From: Eukaryota sp. TZLM1-RC
Lineage: Eukaryota > Protista > Metamonada: BaSk clade
Direction: 5' to 3'
NCBI GenBank assembly: GCA_040285825.1
Contig: JAUPSS010000012.1
Coordinates: 600,144-664,143 of the forward strand
Length of the DNA stretch: 64,000 bases
In this document: positions 39,885 to 55,852 of the stretch, one piece after another
How positions within the stretch are numbered: position 1 is the stretch's first letter
Layout: each line of letters begins with the position of its first letter
The notes under the pieces: model-generated
What the model was told of the DNA's origin: nothing
Seen by the model: the letters and a program-made list of their open reading frames with translations, nothing else
The model's database searches: none
Translations under genes and position numbers: made by a program

Positions 39885-40716
39885 TCAAAGAGATAACAGT
39901 ACTCAATGAAATTCGATTCATCTGCTTCAGAATGATGTGACCATTGAAAAAGGAAACGAAAGACCGAAAATAGTGCAGTTAAAAACCTTACAGGAGGAAG
40001 AATAAGCAGTTGAAGAACTGAACAAGATTTTTTTGCTTCTTGGGCATCAGGAAGAACACGGCCATTTTTTTAGATCTCAATTTTTTTCAAATGATTTAGG
40101 AAATCTTCTCAAAGAAAGTGGTCGTACATTCGATTTTTTCTGATCAGTCGTTTTTGTATTGAGCATTCAAAACCATATATTTCCCATACTAGACGACACA
40201 GGTTGATTGATTGAGTTCAATAAATAAGCTTAAAAACAAATGATCCAAGACTTTATATTAAAGACATTTGGATTGGCAAGGTTGCACAATATAATTATTA
40301 TATATAGTATATTATATTCATATTTATTACAGTATTTGCACAGTACTTATTGAACAAAAATATCTCATTTGAGGAAATACTGGAAGAATTTTTTTCATCA
40401 ACCCATATACATAATTCTGTTTCTCAATTAATAAAAAAATTTACACAATTTCCTTTGAGGTTAAGCCGTCTTTTTTTAATAAGCAAAAATTTATGCTGGC
40501 AACAGCACAAAAAAACCATAACAAAAATTGTATCACCAACTGATCACTGTTTGGATGGACCCAGTTCAAAAAAACAAAACTTTCAGTATCGTGGTAGAGG
40601 GAATGTATTGATATCAATTTGTGATTAATTATTGTAAATAGTTCTATAAACAACATTTTATAATACTTTAATTTATTTTTTTAAAACTGGAATAATTATT
40701 GAGATAAAAAAACCAT

Positions 40717-41365
40717 CTAGAATTCAATATCCTCCAAACAAGCGTCACTATTACTGAACCTACTCACAGCATTACGTTCATATTCTACACCAATAGCTAA
40801 AAAGCGCCTTTGAAATCAATGTTGGAATAGACTTGAAAATGCAGAAAACAATTCTATTTATCCAGAAAGTGGAGTTTATTGTTTTACCAGACCTATTCAG
40901 TAACACTTTTTTTGAAATTTTTCAAAAAAAGTGCAACCCTGAAGGTCCAATATTGCCACAAAAGAGAAATTGCAAACGGCACAAACTGATATTTCACATG
41001 TTCCACTCTACCTAACTGAGCCAAAGGTTCTTCATATTTTTTTATCTTCTTTTTCGGCGTTAAAAATTACAGAAATGTCATCCATATATGCTACAATATC
41101 TATTTCTGGGAATTTTTTTCTTTCAATTCGCACATTAATGGATGAATTGCCAGACAAAAGAAAAAAAGGACCAAGTGGATCACCTTGTTTAACACCTGAA
41201 GACGAAAAACAGGTCAAAGTTTTTCATAGACCAATGTGGATGATTTTCCATAAAATGAATAGAAAAAAAGGCTCAACTTCAGGAAAATGCTTTTTGCAGC
41301 AAAGGTAAAATGGAAGAACGAGATACAGAATTGAAAGCATTCTTAAAATCTAAATTGAAGATGTT
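40717..41365 (-). mobile_element. Family R RT/RLE deletion fragment
   Basis: Near-identical to 10853-11489. Confidence 0.88.
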
Positions 41366-42480
41366 CTATAAAGTTAACCGTAATCTTTAAAACGTTAATT
41401 CATTTAAAATAATTATTTAGAAAGCAACATTACCCGTAATTACACATATACGATTTACTCATTCAAGTGCTGATGCTCTATCAAAATGGCTCATAATTTG
41501 AAATTTGTGTTTCATTCTCTCCTCAGTTCATTTCAAAAAAACACAGGGAATGTTGGTTCAATAAATTGAGTGCTATTAAGTCTGGGTACTGAAATACAAG
41601 AAATATTTTTGATTTTGACTCAAAAATGAATTATGTTTTTATAACTACAGAAAAACCCAACTGAGCAAACTCCAGTCAATCTTTATAATCCTGTAAAATG
41701 GAAACTACAAAAAAATATTACTTAGTATTAATTAATAAGAAGTATTCCACTAAACATTCATTAAGATGAATGCCAACTCAACAAATCCAATTTATTCCTT
41801 GGATTGTGATCTCGTGTTTTATAACCATGTGTCAATTGCTGAATTTCCTCAAAAGAGTTTCGCAACAAATATTTGTAACAATAAGAAGAAAAAAATTGTT
41901 TCAACCTCCTTACATAATTGAATTGTTTTTATTGAACTACAACACTTAATAAAATTCAAATTGACAAAAAAACTAATTCTCATTTGGCACATTACAGAAG
42001 ACAACGTCAACAGCAGCTTTAGAGTCCGCAACCCTATCGCATTATATATCACCCCTGTCATCAACTAAAAAAATATTCAATGACAGTTCATCTTTCACCA
42101 GAGGCTCTTTAATACACCAGATTCAGGCAGTTCATGCCATATTGAACACAGTGCCTCTAACAGCATCATGTTATGAAGAACAATCAGTTATCAATTCCGA
42201 ACAATTCAGAGCATGATGCAAAGTGAGCTGTGGTGAATTTGAATACACTTTTTAGTGATAATTGATCAATAGGAATGTTCAAAACATATTTATGCAAAAA
42301 AATAAAATAGTCTATAACATATAACAACAAATATAAGATAAGGTAACCGATGAAAACTCATTCGCAATGGTTCATGCATATGTTCTGAAACATTGTGGAA
42401 GTTGTGAAACAGCAGGGTTTTTTTCAAATATAAACAAAAACTAAGCTTTTTTAAATAGACTCATATACCTTAATAAACAA

Positions 42481-45400
42481 TCACAGGGTTTTTGGTGAAA
42501 TTTTAAGGTAGGGTTTATTTTTGGAGAAAATAATAATAGCATTTGAATCACAAAAATACTGTGACGGGCAATTGGTCATTTGATAGAGTTCTCACATTCA
42601 TGCTGCCTACACTGTCTTTGGTCAACGCAGCTGGCATGAACATGTAAGAATCCTGCTGTGCCTTACACAGCCTATATTTGGAATCTCTTAGTTCAAGATA
42701 ACAGGATTGTTGATTTATAAATTGGTCATCAATAAGAACAATGTTGAAATTCTTGGATCGGAATAAATCAGGCTTAAAAATATAATTGGAGCATTGTAGT
42801 TAGTGTACAGTTTTTTTACTACTACTACTAGTGAAAACATCTTCCAAATTATTAAATACAGATTCACAATCAGTTTCACCGTAAAAGAAACAGAGTAGCT
42901 GCCTCTAAAGATAGATTTCGGTGGTCTTTCTCCACAACAGTTGCCAATGTAAAACAATCTGAATTATCATCATCTTCATCATGTTGCAACAATAGTCGCG
43001 ATTGAGGAATTTTTGATATACTCAGCAACAGTATCATTATCCCAAACCAAATTTCGATCGTCAAAAGATAACATCTTACTTATGAAGAAAAAAAGACCAT
43101 ATTCTACCAACTGCTAGTTGCTCATCATCAGACAATGCTTCAAAAACTGTGAGACAGCAAAAAAATTCTCCCATACTCGTAAAACCATGAATCAAATTGA
43201 AGGACGGAATCTGGGGATTTTTTTCAACTAAAGAAATAAATAACTCATGTGTGAGATACTCGCTGGTGGAAAAAAACGGTTAGCCAAATCATTTCTACCC
43301 GAAAAATAACAACAACAATATGTCAATAAAAAAATCCATGCGCTGCAAAAAGTAGACCCGGAATCCTCAGCCAATGCCTGTTGATAGGAAATCAACGAGA
43401 GATCCAAACAGTGTGCTCTCCTGGAATGCAAATTTTTGAGCAAAAATAACGGAATGTATCCCCTAGAATAGTGAAGAACTGAGAAATTTGACGTTCTTTT
43501 AACAAAAACCTTCAGGCACATCGTAATCTCCAAATTTTTTTCAACAATTTTGCCACTGTTGTTAAAAAAATACAAATGGCTTCATCTATAAGTTTTTTTC
43601 AACTTCGAATCCCTCTTTTGCACAAATTTTTCAAAAACGAACATTAAAGCTGACTATATAATAATTCTGAAGGAAGATTTTTCGCTAGTACATCGGATTA
43701 AAAAAATAGAGATCAAAAAGCATCTTTTGGTTGAATTTTTAATTTTACCTCTTCGATTAAGAAATAACTTTCGAATAACCTTTATAAAAAAACAGAATGA
43801 AACCATGCTTCGCTTCCAGAATCCCAAAGAAGACGAAAAGCATTCATAATAGTTGATTCGCCAGAGTTGGTTGAAGAAGAACAAATTATTTCAGCAACAG
43901 TTCTATTTATACAAAATAGACCTGTACCAGCTCCAACAGCAGGGAGAATAATTCTGTTAAAAACAAGGCAACTTTTCAAAAATTAGAATGAAATCTTTCA
44001 GAAGTGAATAAATCAAGGGGAAATTGTTCTGATTTCCCAGTCACCGAAAACAAGACAATAAAATAGAAATAGTCCTTTATCTCGATCGTTCAGTTTCTTC
44101 CACATTGAATCGAGCAAACTCTTAACTGTAGTCTCAGCTAAGGAAAAAAATTCTTCTTAAATAATGCAATTCCTATATATAAGAAATCTTTTTCAACATG
44201 TCGTCCTAGTTTTTTTGTTTAATTGATCACAACGTTTGTTCAAAGTAGAAATAAAATTGTCTCTATAAAGATTCATTTTCATACGTGTATTTTTTTGTAT
44301 CGAAACATCCTTTCTTTCAAGGCCGGTAACTTGTTTCCAATGTACACCAAATGAAAAAAACTCAAAGTGTCTCTGGCTAAGTGTATTCATGAGTTTGTGT
44401 ACATTGTTCAACGGCAAATCCTTACAAAATAGAAACTACACTGTTAATATAGATAAGACTTTCATATACTTTGTCCAGGGGTATCAGACACAAATTTCTC
44501 CAATTGATAACAAAACCACATTGTTTAATTTCGATAATGCAAAATAAATAGCAGTTGTTAGTCCAATACACGGTGATTTCCGTTGGACGCAAGTAACATA
44601 TTTTCCTTTTGGTGATAAGTCGCTAAATTCTTGGCAAATGTCTTTCATTCCAGAATGTACTGGAACTGAATGATCACATTCATAAGAAAAAAAGGCTTGG
44701 ATGTACCCTACCTCCTTGAAAAAAATTTTCTAGAGCTTGAAGTGCATCTTCGTCGCTGACGAAAAGGTTGAAAAATTAATGACAGAGAGATGTTGATTAG
44801 GCCCATTGAGAGCCGCATGTTTAAAAGGGAAGCGGTAATCGACAATGGGATCGTAAGTATTTAACAAATTGAAAATTAGGTTTGATAATTGACAAAATGA
44901 AATTTTTGATTAAATTACGCATATTAAAGTTTGCATCCATCTTATAAACATAACAAGGTTTACCATTAATAGGAGAAACTTGACTAGGAGCACAATTGAT
45001 ATCTTCCCTGGCTGAAACATGTAGTGCAGCTTTAATATTTGATAACTGAACAAGTTGTGCTTCATAAGTACTAAATAACGACTCAGATGCCGTATCAAAA
45101 TACGTTACAAAACGGATATGCAAACAAATTGTAAAACAAAATGAGAATACTGTTGCAATATTGATGTGAATTCCTCCGAATTGAACAAAACAGCACACCC
45201 ACGGGTCTCCGAAACTGATTTGGGCAAAACTGAAGGAAAAATTTTTCAGAAAACTGGGCTTTTTGACTTTTCATCAAGGTCTCGAAAATGAACGGGCCTA
45301 TTTTCAATGCGACTGAAGTAAGTTTGTATAAGGTTTTTTGTAGAGCATAGGAATTGTATTCTTGATCATTAAGCGCTTGTCACTAACGAAGAACTCTATC

Positions 45401-45612
45401 ATCCAAATAGATCTTTTCGAGGCTATATCAAAGAGATAATGAACACGAAAAATCTGGTACGAAATTCAAATGGTAGGACATGGCACTAATGAGATTAATT
45501 TTATAAGGGTAAGGCTTCACATCAAGGAGACTAGGAGGTCAGCTAACTTGGTTTTCAAAGGCTCTATCTCAACAGTTTCTTCACTGTGCAAGATAATGTA
45601 AACAGCCTTCAC
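42481..45612 (-). CDS. SAMD9-like copy 6 (type 2, N-truncated)
   Basis: Collinear with copy 4; many homopolymer indels. Confidence 0.63.
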
Positions 45613-47157
45613 AATCGGAAAATAATTCTTTCTCAGTCCATTGACCCTTTGTAACAAATTGTCAGTACTGAAGTATTAGGTATGTTAATCATAAAACTAA
45701 TCATAGAATTGATAAAACTCAAATATTCACTCAGACGTTTTTCTCACAAAAATCTTCTAATAATTGTGAAGTTGCTGTATTCACATGGTAGTTGTCCTTA
45801 ACACAATGTTTGGAAACAAAAACCAGACTTGTCTTGCACCATAATAACAGTGCTTCACATTTTTCATTTCGAAAAAGTAATTATTTAAATGATTAGTTAT
45901 AAAAATCATATATAAATATATTAATAAGACTATATTAAGACTAGTTAAATCACATAAAAGGTTGTTGTCAACAAACATCCAAAAAAATCCAAAAACATGT
46001 AGACTATACAGAAACACGTAATCAGGTCTTTTTCTTGACCATAATCATCTTACAACAGTTAAAAACAGAATGATTGATGATTAATTAGTCGTTTATGTGT
46101 TTATCAATAGAAACTCAAAATAAAAGAGAATTACTCTCAATATTTGGTGGAGACTCTCAAATTGAAAATAATAATAATGATGAATGGAACCCTACAATAG
46201 CATTTGAATAACAAACAACAACTACATCATCAAAGCCAACATTAGTTGTAACAAGAGGGTCTTAATGTTTCATCACTAACTTCATCATCTAGATCATCTG
46301 AACCTTAAGTTTTGGCATTGGTAAATTTCAAGTTTTAAATTGTGTTCAATCAACCAACTTAAGGTTAATGGTAAATATATCATTTACATGTAAAAACATG
46401 ATAATTAACTAAAACCCAAAACCAGCGAAAATCATCCTTCATGAGAAATTTTAGTTAGTTTAATAATAAATAAATAATAAATAAGAATAAAGATTTCCAC
46501 TCAAAACCATGTTCTAGGTTCAAATACCACCACCTCCAACAAATTAACAGTAGAAATCCCAATGTTTGTGGGTTCAACTCCCAGTTGTCGGAAATCATAT
46601 GGGGTAATCATAAGGGAATAGAGGGTGCAAATGTGATGAAAATCAGCAAGCTAAGGTCAATGCAAATGTATAATGAAGTTTGCTGGACAATACAGGTGTG
46701 GAATGGAAACCGAATGTCCCAGGTATGAATTTGAAGCAAAGTAGAATACAGTGTGGAGAACGATGGTGGTGAATATCAAGTATCTTTCTTGTTGAAATAA
46801 GCACGAGCACATCAAGAGAATGATCAGAAAAAGAGTGATTATACCAGAGACACATTATATGGATGATACGAAAGTAGAGGGAATGAACTGAAAGAACTAC
46901 ACCAAGAATGAAGTGAGTTGGGTTTCAAAGAATATCTTGAAAGGATATCTGTAATGTTTACAGTTTCTGAAGGGTGTAAAAATATCCGATCGATCGGCTT
47001 GGACAGAAGATTCAAAACCCAATATCCGAGGGTCGTCTAGGGTTATTTAGATTGTGCTACGTCAATAACAGGATTCTTGAACTTTATAGACAGAATAATC
47101 AAGGCTGACTATGTAAGTCTAAAAATAATATGAAGTTATTGCTTCTTTGTTATTTAA

Positions 47158-47363
47158 TATTTTATTGAATTTTTCACACTTAATTAAATTAACTCATAAC
47201 TAATGGGACGACTATCATTGAACCAAGATTTCCCTACAAAATCTTGATCTGCTTTGCTGTCTAGCTAAAAGCTTCTCTTATTCGATTGAAAAACCGAGGT
47301 AATCTATTAATAATGGCAAATTGAATCCGTGAACGCCATAAGACAATATCAAAAACTTTTCAT
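47158..47363 (-). mobile_element. Family E minus copy, truncated by a large deletion
   Basis: Matches 18485-18690, then jumps into the start of a type 1 gene. Confidence 0.8.
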
Positions 47364-47366
47364 ATT

Positions 47367-47450
47367 CACAGGTACTGAAGAAAACCACGAGCGCAGGGTG
47401 TGAAGTATATTTGATCGATGCATCTCAGAAGTAAGTACAAAAAGCTGCAT
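47367..47450 (-). pseudogene. SAMD9-like copy 7 remnant (first ~28 codons of type 1)
   Basis: Matches 7442-7525; the rest of the gene is deleted. Confidence 0.75.
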
Positions 47451-48654
47451 TTCCAAGCATCATCATCTCATCACACAACTCCATATCCTTTGTTATACGT
47501 ATTCATTCTTCTTTCTTTACGTTAGACACTGAATTCCGGAAAAGTCTCAAACATGAGCTCCTTTTTGATATCATACGAGCAACAATTCTGAAATCATTGC
47601 ACTTTCTAGAGTCTTTTACCTTGGTGAATTCCACACAAAAGTTTCTCAACAGTTGAGAAGTTAATTCATCCGAAGCTTATTTTTACTTGGTGGCTGCAAA
47701 GGTTCTACTCTTAATGTACAAAACCCAAACTGTGAATAATTCTTAGGATCACGAACAGCATTATGAAGAACTGGCCGATATTGAAGAAATTTCTTACAAC
47801 TCACAATACGACGGAAATTGACAGACGGTTTTTTTGTTACAAATACAAGCAAATTATTCAAAAGTCCACTTGGATACAGCCCTAATCTCAAACGCATGTT
47901 TTGTTTTTCAAGATTCATTTGTTAGGTGAAGACCGAATAGCCTTTGGTTGCTGAGAAATTAAACCAGTGCAATTTTTGAATGACTTTCAAAAAAGCGACA
48001 AAAAAAGGAAAAAAGGGACAGAAACATAAAATTTGTTCCAATTGCATTTTCAATTTTTGGTACCCTTGGAACTGAAGATCTCAATTGATTAGATGATTTA
48101 GGAAATCTTCTCACAGAAAGTGGTCGTACATTCAGTTTTTATACTGTTTTTCGAGGTTAGATTCTGTGCCCAGAATTGTAGCAATGTGGTTGTTGCGGTT
48201 GGAGCTCAGAATACGTTCCAGTTACTGTTATTTAACGTAACGTAACAGTTACGGATACGCATCGTCCAACCCTACATCAAATACAAATCCCTTGCATCAT
48301 CATCTCATCTCAGCTTATTATTTCCGCAAAAGAGTTTCCCAACAATTATATGTAGCAATAAGAAAAATTGTTTCAACCTCCAGACATAATTGAATTACAT
48401 TATTAAACTACAACACTTAAATTTAAACTTAAGTTTTAAATTGACAAAAAAACTAATTCTATTTAATACCTGAATGGAAGTTGATAAAATTAACCATTTG
48501 CAAAAACAATTTTGAAAAACACTGCAGTAACATGAACAGATTGAAATACCTTATGATTTTTTTGTAAAAATAGCACAAAGGAATATCAACATTTGGACTA
48601 CAAATTTGCTTCAAAAATCATGATGTTGTTCAAACTGTATTATAATTATACCTC

Positions 48655-49989
48655 AAGCCGAATTATATTCAATTGATGCTATTCGTCATTTGGGTTCGTT
48701 TTTAGGAAATAATGATGACATTACCAAAAACAATGTTTAAAAAGTTGAACTCAATTTCCGATACAATTGACCGAATGATGACCATAGATGTACAGAGACA
48801 TATCAAATTTACCATTAGAAGACTGTGTTTTAATTCCAACTTCAATCATATATTTCGATCTAAAAATCCTCTTTCCACTAGGGCCTTTGGCTCAGAAGTT
48901 TGATGAGTTAGGTGCAAATGTTTTGTCACAATTTCTGGGATGTAAAATGTTCTAAATTCCAGACCATGCTTACCTTTAGTCCACATTATGGCGGTTTTAA
49001 GTTGGATGAGGGCTTCTATTCTGACTTCGTGTGTTTTTATTGGGGATGCAAAAACGCAATCTTTGAGTTTTTCCGAAATATTTGCAGATCGGGAAAAATT
49101 TTTTTATAACGCAAAGTTCTACTGTTTTTCGTATTAAATAAAGAAATTTCAAAAATTGATGTAGAAAAAAATGGAGTCGATGCTTTCCATCATTGTATTG
49201 CAATATTCCAGAAAAGAATCTATTAAATTTAAAATACACTCTTCGAACATTTTAGAAACGATTGACTGGAATGTATGAAACTGATCTTTATAATATATAT
49301 ATGCAGCTCGGCTGTTTTAAATCAAAATCTTCACTCATTGTTATTGGAAAAAGGGTGTTTGTGAATGCCAGTCATCAGATTCTTCACTTTTTGTAAAAAA
49401 ATTGTACCACGAAGATTTGGACTGTGTGTTACTAATGATGCATTTGTAATAAAAATGAGATTATATTTGAATATCCCCATTAATCAACTATTATCAAAAG
49501 AAAAAAATGTATTTGTTCGAATTCACCTCAACTCACTTTTGCGCCATGCTCTGAATTGTTCTAAATTGATAACTTATCGTTCTTCATTACATGATCCTGC
49601 TAGAGACACTCTTTTTCAATATAGCACAAACTGTAAGCATATCGTGTAACAAAGAACCTCTGCTAAAAGCAAACACGTTCTCAGAATTATTTTTGGTTGT
49701 GGTGATAAAGTTGCTGTATACTGTGATTGGATTGATAATTCTGAAGCTACTTTTTGACTTTGTCTCATGTAATGATGCAAATGATACTGTTGTTCACAGA
49801 GGAAAACTTGGTCCTGTAAGTGTTCTTGATTTTAAAGCAAAAGAAAGACATAGAAAATATGATACAGATACTGAGGAGGCTAATGTTGATAGAAATACAC
49901 AGCTGGTTTTTATTGCTTTCCTATTTTTCGATAAATGGAAGATTATCAGATGAAGCAGAAACTTTTTTGAATGATTTCCAAAAAAATGG
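48655..49989 (+). mobile_element. Family E fragment
   Basis: Near-identical to 8725-10040. Confidence 0.85.
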
Positions 49990-50822
49990 TCAAAGAGATA
50001 ACAGTACTCAATGAAATTCGATTCATCTGCTTCAGAATGATGTGACCATTGAAAAAAAGGAAACGAAAGACCGAAAATAGTGCAGTTAAAAACCTTACAG
50101 GAGGAAGAATAAGCAGTTGAAGAACTGAACAAGATTTTTTTGCTTCTTGGGCATCAGGAAGAACACGGCCATTTTTTTAGATCTCAATTTTTTTCAAATG
50201 ATTTAGGAAATCTTCTCAAAGAAAGTGGTCGTACATTCGATTTTTCTGATCAGTCGTTTTTGTATTGAGCATTCAAAACCATATATTTCCCATACTAGAC
50301 GACACAGGTTGATTGATTGAGTTCAATAAATAACCTTAAAAACAAATGATCCAAGACTTTATATTAAAGACATTTGGATTGGCAAGGTTGCACAATATAA
50401 TTATTATATATAGTATATTATATTCATATTTATTACAGTATTTGCACAGTACTTATTGAACAAAATATCTCATTTGAGGAAATACTGGAAGAATTTTTTT
50501 CATCAACCCATATACATAATTCTGTTTCTCAATTAATAAAAAAATTTTACACAATTTCCTTTGAGGTTAAGCCGTCTTTTTAATAAGCAAAAATTTATGC
50601 TGGCAACAGCACAAAAACCATAACAAAAAATTGTATCACCAACTGATCACTGTTTGGATGGACCCAGTTCAAAAAAACAAAACTTTCAGTATCGTGGTAG
50701 AGGGAATGTATTGATATCAATTTGTGATTAATTATTGTAAATAGTTCTATAAAAAAAATTTTTATAATACTTTTAATTTATTTTTTTAAAAACTGGAATA
50801 ATTATTGAGATAAAAAAACCAT

Positions 50823-51476
50823 CTAGAATTCAATATCCTCCAAACAAGCGTCACTATTACTGAACCTACTCACAGCATTACGTTCATATTCTACACCAAT
50901 AGCTAAAAGCGCCTTTGAAATCAATGTTGGAATAGACTTGAAAAATGCAGAAAACAATTCTATTTATCCAGAAAGTGGAGTTTCATTGTTTTACCAGACC
51001 TGATTCAGTAACACTTTTTTTGAAATTTTTCAAAAAAAGTGCAACCCTGAAGGTCCAATATTGCCAAAAAGAGAAATTGCAAACGGCACAAACTGATATT
51101 TCACATGTTCCACTCTACCTAACTGTGCCAAAGGTTCTTCATATTTTTTATCTTCTTTTTTTCGGCGTTAAAAATTACAGAAATGTCATCCATATATGCT
51201 ACAATATCTATTTCTGGGAATTTTTTTCTTTCAATTCGCACATTAATGGATGAATTGCCAGACAAAAGAAAAAAAGGACCAAGTGGATCACCTTGTTTAA
51301 CACCTGAAGACGAAAAACAGGTCAAAGTTTTTCATAGACCAATGTGGATGATTTTTCCATAAAATGAATAGAAAAAAAAGGCTCAACTTCAGGAAAAATG
51401 CTTTTTGCAGCAAAGGTAAAATGGAAGAACGAGATACAGAATTGAAAGCATTCTTAAAATCTAAATTGAAGATGTT
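50823..51476 (-). mobile_element. Family R RT/RLE deletion fragment
   Basis: Near-identical to 10853-11489. Confidence 0.88.
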
Positions 51477-52594
51477 CTATAAAGTTAACCGTAATCTTTA
51501 AACGTTAATTCATTTAAAATAATTATTTAGAAAGCAACATTACCCGTAATTACACATATACGATTTTACTCATTCAAGTGCTGATGCTCTATCAAAATGG
51601 CTCATAATTTGAAATTTGTGTTTCATTCTCTCCTCAGTTCATTTCAAAAAAACACAGGGAATGTTGGTTCAATAAATTGAGTGCTATTAAGTCTGGGTAC
51701 TGAAATACAAGAAATTATTTTTGATTTTTGACTCAAAAATGAATTATGTTTTTTTATAACTACAGAAAAACCCAACTGAGCAAACTCCAGTCAATCTTTA
51801 TAATCCTGTAAAATGGAAACTACAAAAAAATATTACTTAGTATTAATTAATAAGAAGTAATTCCACTAAACATTCATTAAGATGAATGCCAACTCAACAA
51901 ATCCAATTTATTCCTTGGATTGTGATCTCGTGTTTTATAACCATGTGTCAATTGCTGAATTTCCTCAAAAGAGTTTCGCAACAAATATTTGTAACAATAA
52001 GAAAAAAAATTGTTTCAACCTCCTTACATAATTGAATTGTTTTATTGAACTACAACACTTAATAAAAATTCAAAATTGACAAAAAAAACTAATTCTCATT
52101 TGGCACATTACAGAAGACAACGTCAACAGCAGCTTTAGAGTCCGCAACCCTATCGCATTATATATCACCCCTGTCATCAACTAAAAATATTCAATGACAG
52201 TTCATCTTTCACCAGAGGCTCTTTAATACACCAGATTCAGGCAGTTCATGCCATATTGAACACAGTGCCTCTAACAGCATCATGTTATGAAGAACGATAA
52301 GTTATCAATTTAGAACAATTCAGAGCATGATGCAAAGTGAGCTGTGGTGAATTTGAATACACTTTTTAGTGATAATTGATCAATAGGAATGTTCAAAAAT
52401 ATTTATGCAAAAAATAAAATAGTCTATAACATATAACAACAAATATAAGATAAGGTAACCGATGAAAACTCATTCGCAATGGTTCATGCATATGTTCTGA
52501 AACATTGTGGAAGTTGTGAAAAGAGCAGGGTTTTTTTCAAATATAAACAAAAAAACTAAGCTTTTTAAATAGACTCATCTACCTTAATAAACAA

Positions 52595-55500
52595 TCACAG
52601 GGTTTTTGGTGAAATTTTAAGGTAGGGTTTATTTTTTTGGAGAAAATAATAATAGCATTTGAATCACAAAATACTGTGACGGGCAATTGGTCATTTGATA
52701 GAGTTCTCACATTCATGCTGCCTACACTGTCTTTGGTCAACGCAGCTGGCATGAACATGTAAGAATCCTGCTGTGCCTTACACAGCCTATATTTGGAATC
52801 TCTTAGTTCAAGATAACAGGATTGTTGATTTATAAATTGGTCATCAATAAGAACAATGTTGAAATTCTTGGATCGGAATAACTCAGGCTTAAAATATAAT
52901 TGGAGCATTGTAGTTAGTGTACAGTTTTTTACTACTACTACTAGTGAAAACATCTTCCAAATTATTAAATACAGATTCACAATCAGTTTCACCGTAAAGA
53001 AACAGAGTAGCTGCCTCTAAAGATAGATTTCGGTGGTCTTTCTCCACAACAGTTGCCAATGTAAAAACAATCTGAATTATCATCATCTTCATCATGTTGC
53101 AACAATAGTCGCGATTGAGGAATTTTGATATACTCAGCAACAGTATCATTATCCCAAACCAAATTTCGATCGTCAAAAGATAACATCTTACTTATGAAGA
53201 AAAAAAGACCATATTCTACCAACTGCTAGTTGCTCATCATCAGACAATGCTTCAAAAACTGTGAGACAGCAAAAATTCTCCCATACTCGTAAAACCATGA
53301 ATCAAATTGAAGGACGGAATCTGGGGATTTTTTTCAACTAAAGAAATAAATAACTCATGTGAGATACTCGCTGGTGGAAAAACGGTTAGCCAAATCATTT
53401 CTACCCGAAAAATAACAACAACAATATGTCAATAAAAAAATCCATGCGCTGCAAAAAGTAGACCCGGAATCCTCAGCCAATGCCTGTTGATAGGAAATCA
53501 ACGAGAGATCCAAAACAGTGTGCTCTCCTGGAATGCAAATTTTGAGCAAAAATAACGGAATGTATCCCCTAGAATAGTGAAGAACTGAGAAATTTGACGT
53601 TCTTTAACAAAAACCTTCAGGCACATCGTAATCTCCAAATTTTTTTCAACAATTTTGCCACTGTTGTTAAAAAAATACAAAATGGCTTCATCTATAAGTT
53701 TTTTTCAACTTCGAATCCCTCTTTTGCACAAATTTTTCAAAAACGAACATTGAAGCTGACTATATAATAATTCTGAAGGAAGATTTTCGCTAGTACATCG
53801 GATTAAAAAAATAGAGATCAAAAAGCATCTTTTGGTTGAATTTTTAATTTTTACCTCTTCGATTAAGAAATAACTTTCGAATAACCTTTATAAAAAAAAC
53901 AGAATGAAACCATGCTTCGCTTCCAGAATCCCAAAGAAGACGAAAAGCATTCATAATAGTTGATTCGCCAGAGTTGGTTGAAGAAGAACAAATTATTTCA
54001 GCAACAGTTCTATTTATACAAAATAGACCTGTACCAGCTCCAACAGCAGGAGAATAATTCTGTTAAAAACAAGGCAACTTTTTCAAAATTAGAATGAAAT
54101 CTTTCAGAAGTGAATAAATCAAGGGGAAATTGTTCTGATTTCCCAGTCACCGAAAACAAGACAATAAAATAGAAATAGTCCTTTATCTCGATCGTTCAGT
54201 TTCTTCCACATTGAATCGAGCAAACTCTTAACTGTAGTCTCAGCTAAGGAAAAAAATTCTTCTTAAATAATGCAATTCCTATATATAAGAAATCTTTTTC
54301 AACATGTCGTCCTAGTTTTTTTGTTTAATTGATCACAACGTTTGTTCAAAGTAGAAATAAAATTGTCTCTATAAAGATTCATTTCATACGTGTATTTTTG
54401 TATCGAAACATCCTTTCTTTCAAGGCCGGTAACTTGTTTCCAATGTACACCAAAATGAAAAAAACTCAAAGTGTCTCTGGCTAAGTGTATTCATGAGTTT
54501 GTGTACATTGTTCAACGGCAAATCCTTACAAAAATAGAACTACACTGTTAATATAGATAAGACTTTCATATACTTTGTCCGGGGTATCAGACACAAATTT
54601 CTCCAATTGATAACAAAACCACATTGTTTAATTTCGATAATGCAAAATAAATAGCAGTTGTTAGTCCAATACACGGTGATTTCCGTTGGACGCAAGTAAC
54701 ATATTTTCCTTTTGGTGATAAGTCGCTAAATTCTTGGCAAATGTTTTTCATTCCAGAATGTACTGGAACTGAATGATCACATTCATAAGAAAAAAACGGC
54801 TTGGATGTACCCCTACCTCCTTGAAAAATTTCTAGAGCTTGAAGTGCATCTTCGTCGCTGACGAAAGGTTGAAAAATTAATGACAGAGAGATGTTGATTA
54901 GGCCCATTGAGAGCCGCATGTTTAAAAAGGGAAGCGGTAATCGACAATGGGATCGTAAGTATTTAACAAATTGAAAATTAGGTTTGATAATTGACAAAAT
55001 GAAATTTTGATTAAATTACGCATATTAAAGTTTGCATCCATCTTATAAAACATAACAAGGTTTACCATTAATAGGAGAAACTTGACTAGGAGCACAATTG
55101 ATATCTTCCCTGGCTGAAACATGTAGTGCAGCTTTAATATTTGATAACTGAACAAGTTGTGCTTCATAAGTACTAAATAACGACTCAGATGCCGTATCAA
55201 AAATACGTTACAAACGGATATGCAAAACAAATTGTAAAACAAAATGAGAATACTGTTGCAATATTGATGTGAATTCCTCCGAATTGAACAAAACAGCACA
55301 CCCACGGGTCTCCGAGACTGATTTGGGCAAAAACTGAAGGAAAAATTTTTTTCAGAAAATGGGCTTTTTTGACTTTTTATCAAGGTCTCGAAAAATGAAC
55401 GGGCCTATTTTCAATGCGACTGAAGTAAGTTTGTATAAGGTTTTTGTAGAGCATAGGAATTGTATTCTTGATCATTAAGCGCTTGTCACTAACGAAGAAC

Positions 55501-55719
55501 TCTATCATCCAAATAGATCTTTTCGAGGCTATATCAAAGAGATAATGAACACGAAAAATCTGGTACGAAATTTAAATAGTAGGACATGGCACTAATGAGA
55601 TTAATTTTATAAGGGTAAGGCTTCACATCAAGGAGACTAGGGAGGTCAGCTAACTTGGTTTTCAAAGGCTCTATCTCAACAGTTTCTTCACTGTGCAAGA
55701 TAATGTAAACAGCCTTCAC
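52595..55719 (-). CDS. SAMD9-like copy 8 (type 2, N-truncated)
   Basis: Collinear with copy 4. Confidence 0.63.
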
Positions 55720-55852
55720 AATCGGAAAAATAATTCTTTCTCAGTCCATTGACCCTTTGTAACAAATTGTCAGTACTGAAGTATTAGGTATGTTAATCAT
55801 AAAACTAATCATAGAATTGATAAAACTCAAATATTCACTCAGACGTTTTTTT